In this document: in pieces, positions 23,616-36,268 of the stretch | Layout of the letters: every line of letters starts with the position of its first letter | Numbering within the stretch: position 1 is the first letter of the stretch | Source: Phoronis australis | Lineage: Eukaryota; Animalia; Phoronida | Assembly (NCBI GenBank): GCA_002633005.1 | Contig: NMRA01000220.1 | Coordinates: 602,819 to 666,818, forward strand | DNA: 64,000 nucleotides | Direction of reading: 5' to 3' | Notes under the pieces: generated by a model | What the model saw: only the letters and a program-made list of their open reading frames with translations | The model's database searches: none | What the model was told of the DNA's origin: nothing | Program-made: the position numbers and the translations under genes

Positions 23616-26600
23616 CTGGTCTCTAGCAATTGCGTATTGCCAGATCTTTCGAAATTCTGAAATTGCTCAAAAGTGACCTGGAAATAATACCTATTTCATG
23701 ATGGTAAAATGTCTAAATCAAAAGTTGGTTTATGTGATTTTAGACGAGTTTATGCCCACTTCAAATGATTTTTGTTGCAGTTCTGAAAAGTATTGGCACA
23801 TTAGCTCTGGTGGGTCCTTGGTTTTTGACGAATTGACCATTTTATGGTTCCCATGGATAATTTTGTTACTGCTCTAGTATGTATGTAAAACTGTAATCGT
23901 AGGCAATTATGCAAACCATGTTGCAAAAGTATATTTCCATGACCATTTCATTGTAAAAGTGCTGTCCAATTTGCACCGACAAGCCAATTTTTCATTATGT
24001 GGTGGTTATTTTTGATATTGATGTGGTAAATACAGCTACCTCAAGTTGTGAAGAAGAAATTTCCAATGCTGTCAACGACATTTCGAAATAACTTTTTCGT
24101 AGTGAGACTACATCACCTTAAATTTAGTTTCCTGACTTTATGGGTTTTGTGTGGTTGACTCTGTCTTGTAGCAATTGGAGTGTTGAAAAGATCTAGCAGG
24201 CAATTTTTTATTAGAGTCATAACATTTGCACTTTTGACTACAGTTATCTTTGTATTGCATTATGAAAACATATTTTGTAGTACACAAGTCTCTGGTTGGT
24301 GTTTTGCATTTTTTCACAAGGAAAATTTTCAACTTAAATGAGTTGTCGGTGAGGTAGGCAACTTTCAAATAAGATAAGGAATAAAATTGTCAAACATTCT
24401 TTTACTTTTTAGATGTGTGATCTTCCAATAAGCGATTACCGTTAAAAACCAGTGCAGAATTTGATTTTACTCTTCAGTTAAAGAAGAATAAATCCATAAA
24501 CCTGCATTGTCTAGAAATTTTACTTAAATTACGTTCAGGGTTGGAGATTGGACCCGTATCATGAGCAATGTAACACAATACATGGATATAAAAATTTTGA
24601 GAAATATCCATGAGGAAATTGCAAGGCATTACAACTGTAAATCAAAATAACCTACATTTGTCGAGTTCATGTCCTAACCCTCTTCACTGTGGAGGACATA
24701 ATCGACTTTTACAAAATGGAGCCATGTATGCTATCTAGAAGTACTATAGCCCTAGGTGGTAAGTAGGAAAACATTCAAAACATCCAGGAGGAACAAACTC
24801 GTTGCGAAATATCAAAAAAACATGAATGACAATCTGATTTTACGTGCTCACGCATGGATCTCATTTTAGTACATTTTAGGTGCCAAAATGTGTAACTAAT
24901 AAAATGGCTGACAAAGTTTTTATTTTATGCAATGAAAGTAACCTGTTTTGTCAATGTTTTGGCTAAGTTTCATTCTCATAGCAGTGGAGGCAGACTTGGT
25001 ACAGCAGGATACTGAACATAACCTCAAAATGGCATAACGGGGGGGTAGTGTAGCAAGACTACAAAATGAGAGTGGTAAATCAGAATCTTTTTTCAAGACC
25101 TCTGTGTAACGATCTATAGGCACCACTAAACAATACCAAGTGAATAACAGTTCAATAGCTTTCATTCAAGGAAAAATATAATCAGTTAAAACTGGACAGT
25201 TTTCATACAGTGAAAACATGGCTGCGAAGCCGTAAAAGGTGTTTGAGCCTATAACTTTAGTAAAACGTAATATTTTGAGGAAATATTTTACCACTGTTTA
25301 TAGATCCCATAGGACTACGTATTTTCCAAATTTGGTGAAAATCGGTTGATCCCCACCTTGCCGATGGATGTCTGGTGCTCTCGTGGACTAGTACTTAAGA
25401 GTCAATCAGTCGGTAGGGACAATATCTAACCAATAGAAGATCGGAACCGGTGGCAGACCCTGGAGTGGCTTGAGCAGTTGCACGCTTGTCAATCCAGTGC
25501 GAGAGTTTTATTTTTTCGTTTTTTCAAGACAAACCAGTAAGATCGCGCAAAATTTTCAGTTAATCCATGCCACTTGACGCAAATACAATATATTCAGGAG
25601 ACGTGCCGCTCACTCGGGACGTACTTTCGTGGTGCTCCAGTAAGCCTTTTCAGTATTAAAAATGACCGCGGGTAACTTTGTAACATTGAAATATGGCTCG
25701 GGACACTTTTAAAGGGGACCGGAAATTTGTGAACTAGGTCATCCGCCAGATGGCGATCGTCGTATGTGTATTTGCCAATCACAGTCTACGTGTAGGTCAG
25801 AGGTCAGTTCCCTTGGCGTGTTACACAAATAAATGGACGAAGGAGGTACATGTAGATCGATAAGAGGAATCAAAATTAACTTTAAAAGTTTTGCGGAACC
25901 TAAAATCAAAATAACCCTGTCGAATCTACCAAAGCCTGTTAGACACTTGGAGAGGATTTTTGGCAAGTTGACCGTGTTATAGCTCGACGAAAATCAAAAA
26001 CAGTGAGTATGTAAACATGCCCTAGACCGGCAGTTTCTTGTTATAACCACAGCCCAGCTGACTGGACGTACAATATTTAACGATTTTTCTGTCGATTAAT
26101 TATTAACTCTTTCACACTCGGAATGATGTTTGGATTATGATATGATTGACATAGTCCATTACGCCAGTTCTATTTTCCTGGTTCAATTTGACGAGTCTAT
26201 GTCTGCACGTACAGTATGCCACACTTGATGCGGCACATGCGTCTGAACGCAGGCCTAGAGTAAAAGTTGAGCGTCATTGAGGCAAAGATACTATGGGTAA
26301 CTATAAAATCTTTGATTAAGGTCAACATTGTGCTACAAAAGTTGGAAACCGTACATACGGGTAACTTCAAATCAGAGTTGCAAAATTCTGAGGTAGTCTG
26401 TTTAGTCTGTAAATTTACAGTTTGTTACGCTATTGCTGATACCTGATAGTTATATAATTCCATTTTCTTAGGTTGGCTGCACTTACCTAATTCAGTGGAA
26501 AAACTACCCCTACCAGGCATCCACTTGGGAACCTGAGTGCCTTTTAACAGCGGATCTCAACACCATATTTACCAGGCCTGAAGTCTCTACTGAAAGCCAA

Positions 26601-27569
26601 GTGTCTGCCAAACGGGCACTTTTTGCAGTTTTGCAAAACTGCTTACTGCATAAGGGTGTTAATGTTCACCCCCTCCCAGTTTCAATTTCGCTTGACACAT
26701 TTAGGTGTATTACTGCGGATTGTAGACCAAGGCATTCTGCAATAAAAGGTTATTTATAATACTCTAAACAAGACTTAGATTTAGTAGAGTTTTCAGAAGG
26801 GTGGGAATATTTGGTAAGAAACATGGGGTGGGTCATAAAATAGTTTTCCCGGTCTCAATTAAGCAGGATGTAATTTTCCCCTGAAAATTATAAAAGAACA
26901 TCTGATGGGGAACTGACAGAGCTTCCAAGAACACCGTGTGAAAAGCTGTAATTCGATGTGAAACACCAGCTTGTGCGATATGGAACATACATGTATCTAC
27001 AGTAATTGTAATCTCATCTCTGTCTTAAATAGCTAATACTACATGCCTTAGCTCTTTTTTTCAGATGTATTCTTAAATCACTCGAGTCCGTCCGTCCGGT
27101 GTTTGTCTGTGCCAACTTGTAATATTACACCATTTACCTGTTGTTTATGATGACTAAAAGTATAACTGAGTCACATACGTACATGTATTTAGTCGCTCCA
27201 CTCATACCATGTACTAGATATAGTATAAGTTTATTCAGTAAAAATTACTACGATATCAAAACCTCTTTTGTGATTAAGGGCTAGTCCAAATTTACAAAAT
27301 GATGTAAGTGTTGTGTACAGGATTAAAATACCCTTTGCTTCTCGTAAGGTGGGGCAGGCTGAGGCTGGGGCATCTTGTAAAACATATACATGTAAAATGC
27401 TACTCGCTGAGTTTCTTGCAGAAAACCACTTCTTAAGTTTAAAGCCTGAGTGCGTGCGACTTGGGGAACGACTGCGCAGAGAATGCCCTAAAATTTCAAA
27501 AAAAAAAATTATCTGGTTTCAAAGGCAACCACCGCAATAGTTTGCTCAAAAGATTTTAACTTTAAATAT

Positions 27570-28195
27570 GAAAGAAGAAGATTCTTTGGCAGAAAGTAAA
27601 ACAAACTGAGTTCATTGCAAGGTACTCTCAATGACGCTGTGACTAAATTAAAGTAGTTGGAAAGCAACAGCGAGAGTTTTACATAGTGAGTTAAAAGAGT
27701 TTATAAGAAAATCAAGTCATCAAATAGTACAAATTGAATGTGAAACACGAAGATCAGAAGGTCTTTTGGAAACAAATATTTCTTTGCAGAAGTATGTTGA
27801 AAACTTATGTGATTTATGTGTTGGAGTTTCCGATCAAGAAAATTCAAACTTCGGAGCATAATCTCGTTCGTTTCAAAATAGGAAACTCAAAGAGATATTA
27901 AAATCCAGGTCGGAATGTGCTCTGTGGTTTAGGCAGAAGTATAATCTGAAATTGGAAAGTCTCGCACTTAAAGACTATGGAGGACAAAGGCATGATATTC
28001 AATAGTCTAAAATCAGATACTTAGACAAAAACAATTTAGAAAAATACTATACCTTCTGGATCGAATCTATGTCAGCGACGCCTCTTATCACGAACTTCTC
28101 ATGGTTTGTGATGGTATTCCAAAATCGCACATTTTAAAGTAACTACGCTCAAATTTAAATGCTATTTGCCATGTCCAATTCAATACAAATCGTCA
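27570..28195 (+). mobile_element. Decayed DNA-transposon-like ORF remnant, family uncertain
   Basis: Frameshifted translation RKLKEILKSRSECALWF...NLKLESL...ILYLLDRIYVSDASYHELLMVCDGIPKSHILK*LRSNLNAICHV is protein-like and interrupted by stops. Confidence 0.5.
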
Positions 28196-28906
28196 CTTGG
28201 CTGCTCGCCTTGCGTCATGCAATGATCTGTATTCCCAGTCATACCATGGTACCGGCAAGAACATATTCCCCAGCCAACTTTTTGGGGTTTTGCTTCCCTA
28301 GCTCCAGACTTTTATTAAATGTTATCGCAATAATTCGTTAGGCCACAGAGCCGTATAATGGCCCCTCAGTGGTTTTCACAAGCCCGAGCGCAGATATCCG
28401 AAGACGTTTCTAGAAGTCAATGGGACTAGTGTAATTTGATTCAGTGTACTGCTGGGATATATGAAGCGCATGATAACGGATTTTTTATTAATGATCTATG
28501 TTTTCTTCCCCTGAGGACTGACTTCAGGTGGTGGTGTAAGTAGGCTTTCACTTCAGTGTGGACAAAGCAACATCTCGTTTTACATGTGTCAACTCGTAGG
28601 CCGCTGAATTAATCATGAAAGGAATGTTCAACAAGAATGTTAAGATTTACAAAAATTCCTACCATGAACAAAAGGATGATAAATCAGTGTAGGGCCTAAC
28701 GAAAAGGAGTCATCTCGATACGCAGCTGGATAGAAAAAGAATCAACAATTCTGATCAGGTATTCTCTGATGGAAAATCATTCAACTGAAACATGATAATC
28801 ACAAAATGAAGCCAAGCACATCCTGATAAGCAATATTTGAGAGATGACATGCTGCGTAATGTGCGGGCTGGCATGGAATAGCATAGATAATAATAGAATA
28901 CAACAC

Positions 28907-29013
28907 AGAATAGAATAGAATAGAATAGAATAGAATAGAATAGAATAGAATAGAATATAATAGAATAGAATAGAATAGAATAGAACAGAACAGAATAGAA
29001 TAGAATAGAATAG
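28907..29013. repeat. (AATAG)n pentanucleotide microsatellite
   Basis: Directly visible; explains the YSILF-repeat ORFs. Confidence 0.95.
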
Positions 29014-29614
29014 ACTACTACATGTACATAAACAATACGCATTAGCATATTCGCTTTTTTCGATAAAATAACAGGAATTTGTACATCGACGGTGAGAAGA
29101 TATCAGTACAAATGGCATAAAAGAAAAACGTAAACTGATAAGGACTTACACAGACACTGAGATTTATGGCACTCTGACATAAATCCTATTATTTGGGCAA
29201 ATACCATTATAGAGCCCTTCGTGCTTCATATCCAACTGTTGGTTAGTTCCTACCAAGCCCGATGGTTGCGCTGTTTGTTCTTCCTCTCCAGCTTCCTGTT
29301 GGCCCAGCCTCAAGCAACAGTACATTCACTCGTAAGTTTTCCTAATTAGACAAGTTTATACCTCTCCCGCCCTCCCTACCCGGGGTACCACAAAATTTCA
29401 CGTCAACCGTTTTCTACCTTTACCACGCTCCATCCCTTTTGCCGAACAAAATCTGCTGTTGGTTATTGTTGTTTTTACAGCCACTGCTGGTACCTTCTTC
29501 AAGCCCGGAGCGTGTTACCGTCAGGCAAGAACCGACGTCATTGGCTAGCGACCAGACCTGTACTTGAGCGTCCATTACTGCAGCTTGCTTCTCTCCACCC
29601 CGGTCACAGCTCTC

Positions 29615-29918
29615 GGCACATACTGAGCCACAACACCACGTTTCTTACAATATCTCTTTTTATCACTCCGGCTGGTCTGCTCACTCAGCTTGTCCGGAAC
29701 CTGCTTTGCAGGTTGTTATAGCCCAGTTGGCTGTTTGGTGTACCCACTTGGTACTTTATATGATATTTGCCCATTTGGCAGTTTGTACCCACTTGGTACT
29801 TGTTATTGAATTTGCCGCTTTGCTCGACCCAGTTGGTAGGCAATCGGCCAATACCCATTTGGTATTATGTACCCATTTGGTACTATGCTAACCTGTGCCA
29901 CTTAGTATCCGATACTCA
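29615..29918. repeat. ~300-bp dispersed repeat, copy 1 (copy 2 at 40270-40570)
   Basis: Colinear match GGCACATACTGAGCCACAACACCACG...CTTAGTATCCGATACTCA; internal TACCCA[C/T]TTGGTA sub-repeats. Confidence 0.85.
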
Positions 29919-31072
29919 GTTACACTTTGGGTATCGGAAATGTGTGTGTTATCTCTTGTAATTAAGGACCCCATCTGGTTCCTTCTGTGAAATATTTATT
30001 TGTAGAGCTGTGACCCTGAAATTCCCAATACAACTTAAAATATTTATTATTCTTGTTGTTTTATTTGTCCCCAATAATTAAATTTTCTAACAGACAGTAC
30101 TAAAGCATAACCGTACACAAATCCTAATTACAGTGACACAGTCTTCCAACGTGTTTTCACAAGAGTTTCAAATTCTTCAAGACGAGAGGCTGTAGATATA
30201 TATACTGAGAAAGAGTGCTCCATACTGTGACCGCTTATTAAGTCATTGTAAGGTTTATATTGTTTTTGAAAAAAATGTACAAGTGATGCTTCATCTTAAA
30301 AGTATTCCCCGGGAGACTTGTGCTAGCAAACTGACAAACATGTATTACGTTGCCTTATTGAGAATTGCGGCGAATAGTGTGTTGTGATTTTACTAAAATA
30401 AAAATGAACATAAATTCATTGGGTCGTCAAAAACGAAACTCGAGTTCCTTCGCTTGAGATATATGTCGATACATCGCGAAGTAGAGCAAGTGTTTGCTTT
30501 TCTCCCAGTCAAACAGGACTGCGGAATATAAGCCTATTTCGCACATCGTCTTGCGTAGTTTTGCAAATTCTGACAAATGTGAAAAAAGTAAGTTCAGTGA
30601 GTATACTCTCCTCTTACAAACCCCTTTAATTTCGCTCTAGGTAAGACCATAAACTGACTCAGTGTACGTGAAACGGTCTTTTCTTAATTTTTAGTCTTCA
30701 GTCTTAAGCGCGCTTACGATTAGCTGAACATCTTGACGCTGACTTCAAAAGGATATTGAAAATAGAAAAGAGAAAAAAGTAAGACGTGAAAACCACCCAA
30801 AATCAACCATGGTATCGAAATATCGAAGCTGTCGAGTGTGATATAATGAAGTAGGAAAATATCACTACAAATATAATCTCAAAACTTCTGAGGAAAATGT
30901 GCTCGTAAATTTTACAAAAAATAAGGGCGTGATAAAGGATCAACTCGGTATTGTTATATTAAAAAGACAGAAATATATCTACAAAGCTTGCGGCAACGTA
31001 ATTGCATTACATTGCATGCTTTTATAGCTAATAACCAGATCACTGAACGTATTACTACAAGAACCAACATAC

Positions 31073-31168
31073 TCTAAATGCATTGCTTTAACTTGGGCCA
31101 CATTTGCAGTGACACCCGAAACTGCCTCGTTCCTAACACCCAGTCCAGGCCAGTCACATCTGTAATCC
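31073..31168 (-). CDS. Candidate upstream exon of gene A (DYRCDWPGLGVRNEAVSGVTANVAQVKAMHLE)
   Basis: Acceptor gtattttag|G at 31168, donor TTAGA|gtatgt at 31073; 96 bp, phase 2-2; splices in frame to the phase-2 SUEL exon. No recognisable domain. Confidence 0.4.
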
Positions 31169-32479
31169 CTAAAATACACAAATAAAAGCTAGGCACCCCA
31201 TTGTAGCTAGCAACAACTGGCACAGCCGGGAAAACATGCCCTAATTAGTTGAATGTCATTTTCAACAATTTTCCCTACTCGCCCTTTCATGAGAAATACA
31301 CCAATCATTTTCCAACCCTTTAATTTACATTGTCAGTAATTTACCAGTTACTCTCGATGTTAAAAGTTTATAAAGAAACATCTTTGAGATCAGAAAGTAG
31401 AAACCTGTATTAAAGATAGAATCTTGGTTTATCTACTGAGCTCATTTTATTCGTCCTCCTCTAGCACACGTATTTTAATAGTTTAGACTATGTACACTGT
31501 ATCACTTAACTTTTAACAATCCTGACGTTCAAGTATAATCACTGCTGTAAGTATCCACGTTACCAACACATTTGTCGGGGAAGAGCTTTCTTCGGCCGTT
31601 TCCAATTTCTATTTTGTGAGTTGATCATCTAATGATCGCTTTTTAAAATGTCTGCTGGTGTGTCAGCTCGCCGCATAATTACTTTTCTCAGGAGAGTCAG
31701 GCATGACTCCTCAATAACATTCACACATAATGTATTCTTTACTGCTGAAACCAACTATGGTAATTAACACATATCATTATCTTCGTTGAAATCTGAAAAT
31801 AATACAGTTCATCATTTGAATGGTGTCTAAGACATGTGTTCAAGGCCATGGGCCCAAAACTACAATTACAGCAATTAAAGTTATAAGACTGGGGAGGTAA
31901 AAGTATGTAATGATGATCTCGTACTACATGAAAGGCAAAAGAAACTAATAACACCTATGTCAGGTTTTTTCGATTAACTAATAACTTTACTGGCACTGGG
32001 ACTACCCCATTATTTTTGCTACAAATATCTAACTTTAAATCATGGAATATTGGACGTAAAAGCATAAGGTGACAGGAAATGCGACGGGAGTAAGCGCGTC
32101 GCATGGTTATGCCTTTGTGACACTTCCATTGTTTACCTTCTTTGCTTCTTTGTTGGACACACAGATCGCATGGAAATCCTGCCTTGGGCGCCCATCAGCC
32201 CGTTCCCGATAAATGCCTACCATTATCTTTATGATAAGAAAGGAAAATAAAGTAAACAATGGATACGTCTATCTATTGATATCTATGAGACGAGCTTGCG
32301 ACCTCGTTTCCCCTGGGTTAGTTACAGAATCATGCCTGCCGGTTTCGACAGCTAAATCGTGATTCACAATGAAATCGCATCAAACATTGCGTGAATTTTT
32401 ATAGGCAAATCCAACAACAAGTAATGTTCAAATATGTAGTCCAATTTAAATTGACAAAAGTTTATTTACCTAGAATTAT

Positions 32480-33235
32480 TATCAACGTCGCTTTGCCTGC
32501 CCTATATATAACAATCAAACAAGCAATAACACGCTGCCATTGCCAATTAAACAATGCATCGTAGGATGCTTTCGTATATCTGCTAGAATGCATATTCAAA
32601 AGTTTGAAGCAGTACTGAATACATTGAACGTAATATTTAATAAACAAGTGGTAGCGACCACATTCGCTTGACACTGCAGACTTTGAACCCTACACCCAAA
32701 ACCATTTGACAAAACTTAACAAAAACACATTCCATACAGATACTTGTTGATTGACCCCACTCTTCTACACTGTAAGTTAAGGTCGGATGTACTATTTTAT
32801 CAAATAGGTCAAAGAACATAGGCAGATGTAAACTATGGTATTTTTCAAACAGTTTAGATGGGTATTGTTGGTTTGGTACCTTTACATGACACTGTTTTGG
32901 TTGCTTTTGTCCAAGTTAAGTCTGGTGTGACAAACACCCTGAGATACTGGTAACTGATGCGGGACCACCGCAATTATACCGTTTCTAAAATATGATTTTG
33001 CATATGATTTGAGTGGTCCTCCATTACAAAACTCCATAATTTTTGTCTTTTTCAGCTTTACACTCATCCCCCAAGCTTTACAGAAATTAAAAAGACAACT
33101 TAGTGCTCTTTGTAGTTCTATATTCGTTTCAGCAAAAAGTACCATATCATCTGCAAATAAAAGTGAATAAACATCATAAAGATTTTCATTAAGAAAAATG
33201 CTTCTTAGTTTTCAAATAAACTCATTTAAGTACAT
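32480..33235 (-). mobile_element. Decayed LINE reverse transcriptase fragment (CR1/L2 group)
   Basis: LFADDMVLFAETNIELQRALSCLFNFCKAWGMSVKLKKTKIM; LFDKIVHPTLTYSVEEWG; ECGRYHL. Confidence 0.85.
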
Positions 33236-34929
33236 GGTGGATTTTTAACATAAATCCTCCAGTTGTTTTGACCTCGCACTTGCTCTTCATGTGTCATCAA
33301 GAAACATTGTTATTTTATAGGTCTTCATACGACACAGATAAATATTTATGCCCATAACTTGTCTCAGAAGTGACGTTGATTGTTGTGATACCAGTAGACC
33401 GTGACCATTTACGCAGGTCAGTTTGGAAATTAAATTCTGGGTGCTCATGCGCGCCCACCTACCCTTTAATATGTGGGGGGGTTCGAATTTCCGATGATGT
33501 GGACTTATACCGACAAAAAAGCTGTAGGACTAAAAAAACGGGATACCACGTCCAAAGCTGTGAATTGTACCTTTGCGCCATTTTAGTGGACATTTTGTCT
33601 CGTTTTCTTGGACTTATTGTTTCTCTGAGTCGGACCTTTTTGTCCACTTCGCCACATGGGGGCTCATTCGAGCCCCCCCCCTGGGTGCACGCACGGTGCT
33701 GCATGTGTATCATTGTGCCAAAAAAATTAAATGCTAAAATATGTTTCTACTAGGTCCCAACAAATATATTCTACTCCAAACAAAACATCTTTAGCACACC
33801 CAATCGTCGCTGTGCACTTAGCTCATCACTAAAGACATCAACTAGAATGATTGGGTCCAGGTAAATACCACTCCGCATCTAATTCATAGCAATTACTTTT
33901 ATTTACAAAGAGATCAAAATAGGCTTATCATACAGCTTTTCAGACTCCAGTTGTACACTCAAGAGGTTGACATGTAATAATTCAGTCTTTATTCTAGCAT
34001 TTAATATAGATTACAGATGTTTGAAATTAACATTCAGAACAACTGTGTCATACTTATTGAATCAGATGCTTTGCTGAATTCAATATAAGCACCGTAAAAA
34101 GTCTTCAAATTATTCTTCATTGTTGAAAATAAGAATGGATAGTCACTGACTTTTTGCCTATCGTCTGTGTCGCATCTCCTTTGCAATCCATCAAAGGCCT
34201 ACTGTATCACACATGGTGCACAAATGAAATAGGTCAAGCTGCCCAAAATGCCACATTCAAGCTTTGAGAATTGCAGCTTCCTGTGCCGGGTGATTTGTGC
34301 GTTTTTTCAAAACTTTGACAGTTCAAAAGCACAAGGTAAAGGTAAGTTTAAGTTTCAAAATTTGAGTTATGATAAAGATGCAGTAGCATATGCTTGTGCG
34401 AATAGAAGTGCTAGATAAAAATAAAGTGAATTGTAATTATTTGAAGCATTAAAATTTGATGGGTCCCATGTGTCACAGTGGGCTTTGGAGGTCGCAAGTG
34501 GCATATATTTATGGCGATGCAATGTAACTTAAATCGATTTTATAAGCCGTCAGTGTGACATAATTTGAATGTTCTTAGATGCAAAATTATGCTCTAAATT
34601 TTGATTGGTGTTAAAATATCTAAAGTAAAATCTGGGGACTAAGTCAGCTCTTAACTTTGAAGGATTCCACAGTTTATATTTCAGTCAAAACTCATTCCAC
34701 AATCAGGTGCAAATCAGACGAAGAGATGCATGTTGTGTTTACAGATTGTCTTCTTAAAGGCAAGCTCGCCCTTTTTATAGAATAGTGTCATCTATCAGAT
34801 GTAAGTTGTGGATTTTTGGATGTATTAACCAAATGTCAATGATTATACTCATGAATAGGATGTTAGATTTGAGATAGACCTACTGAGTAAGATGATTCTT
34901 AATAAATTGCTGATGATGAATCGCAGCCA

Positions 34930-36075
34930 ACAACTTTAGCGCAAAGTAAGAAGGATACATCGTGTTCAGCACTGAGCAAGAAAACGTCTTCTTCAAAGCT
35001 TGCTTGCAAATGAACCAAAGGTTAGTTCAATCCAACTGACTCAGTTTTTCGTAGTGAACAGTTGCTACTATGCTTTGCCTTCGCCGCTAGATTTCTTAAC
35101 GAATTTTTGACTGGTGGCATGTTAGATTTCATCGTCGAAATGCCCGATAGACACTATGTTAAAAAGACAAGCAAACCCAAGGATACTAGTAACAAATCAA
35201 TAAAGGAAGTTGTTGGCTTGTTCCTTCGAAGGAGACTTGGGAATATGCCAGGAAGTACAGGTAGGTGTTACTGGGAAACGGACACGAGGTAAGGGACTGT
35301 TGCGTCTGTCATGAGCAGAAACAGATTCTAAATTTTGTTTAAAACAAATTTTTGAGGAAGAGATCTCAATTGATGAGACGACGGTTGCGTTTGAGAGCAA
35401 ATTCAGCACAATGAAACAATGTGTGAAGGGCAAACCAAATCCTTGGGGGAATTAAAGTGTGGGTCAAAGTTAGATCAAAAGGCATTTTCTGTAACTTCCA
35501 AGTATATCAGGACAACCACGCCGAACAAGACAAACTTCCCCTTGTTTTGGGAGCAAGTGTTGTCCTGCCACTTTGTGAAACTCTTCGCATCAATACACCT
35601 GGTCAACCTCACCTTAATTACAGCGTGACAACAAATAATTTGTTCACTTGGATTCCCCTGGCAGCCAAGTTAAGGAAAATGGGAAGCCATTAGGCAGGCA
35701 AAATGTCCCCCTAAACGAGTGCCTGGTGCTCTTATTCAGCACAAACAGATAATGAAGAAAGTGGGTCGCGGGAAAATATACAAAACACTGAAACTATGTA
35801 TAACACTTGTTGCCATCATATGGTATGGCAACAGGGCAGTTACAGTACCACACTCTCAACGCTTACTGGGATAGAACCAAAAATACAGTGAGGAGTTTCG
35901 AAAAGTCAAAGCGCGAGCTTGTTAATGTCAGGAGGCCGGCGGTCATACACATATCCAATGCGCGCATTGACAGAGTACACGTAGATGTTCACGATTGTTT
36001 TGAAGCACTACACACGAACAGAGAAGGAAAGACAAACGCAGGTTTATTGGCACACTATCACGCTGATGGCTATTA
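34930..36075 (+). mobile_element. Decayed piggyBac transposase remnant
   Basis: Manual translation ISIDETTVAFESKFSTMKQCVKGKPNPWGIKVW (~35360-35465), then WYGNRAVTV and VRRPAVIHISN, matches the piggyBac DDD core pattern; many stops. Confidence 0.85.
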
Positions 36076-36127
36076 ATGAGAGGTAGACGTATCATAAGAA
36101 TTGTCGCTTACTAGGAAGGGGGAGGAG

Positions 36128-36245
36128 GTAGTGTGGCCTATTGTGATAGGTGCCGGCTTTTTTTACTCGAGGTCTTGGGTTCGAGTCCCACTGGGTCACA
36201 CTGCTTAGCACGTGGGTAAGGTTTCTAGTTCCTGATTTCGGTTTT
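36128..36245 (+). mobile_element. tRNA-derived SINE head
   Basis: A-box-like TGGCCTATTGTG and B-box GGTTCGAGTCC followed by a non-tRNA tail. Confidence 0.55.
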
Positions 36246-36268
36246 AAATATATATTATTAAAATATAA

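Noticed and set aside
21660-25391. Large Academ-like element ending in CTCGTGGACTA
   Set aside because: Only one putative terminus was seen; no matching end or recognisable ORF.
28755-29118. Hydrophobic YSILF-repeat ORFs as membrane proteins
   Set aside because: They are translations of the (AATAG)n microsatellite.
36128-36200. Functional tRNA gene (also 140-207)
   Set aside because: A and B boxes are present but acceptor and anticodon stems do not pair properly; SINE-like.
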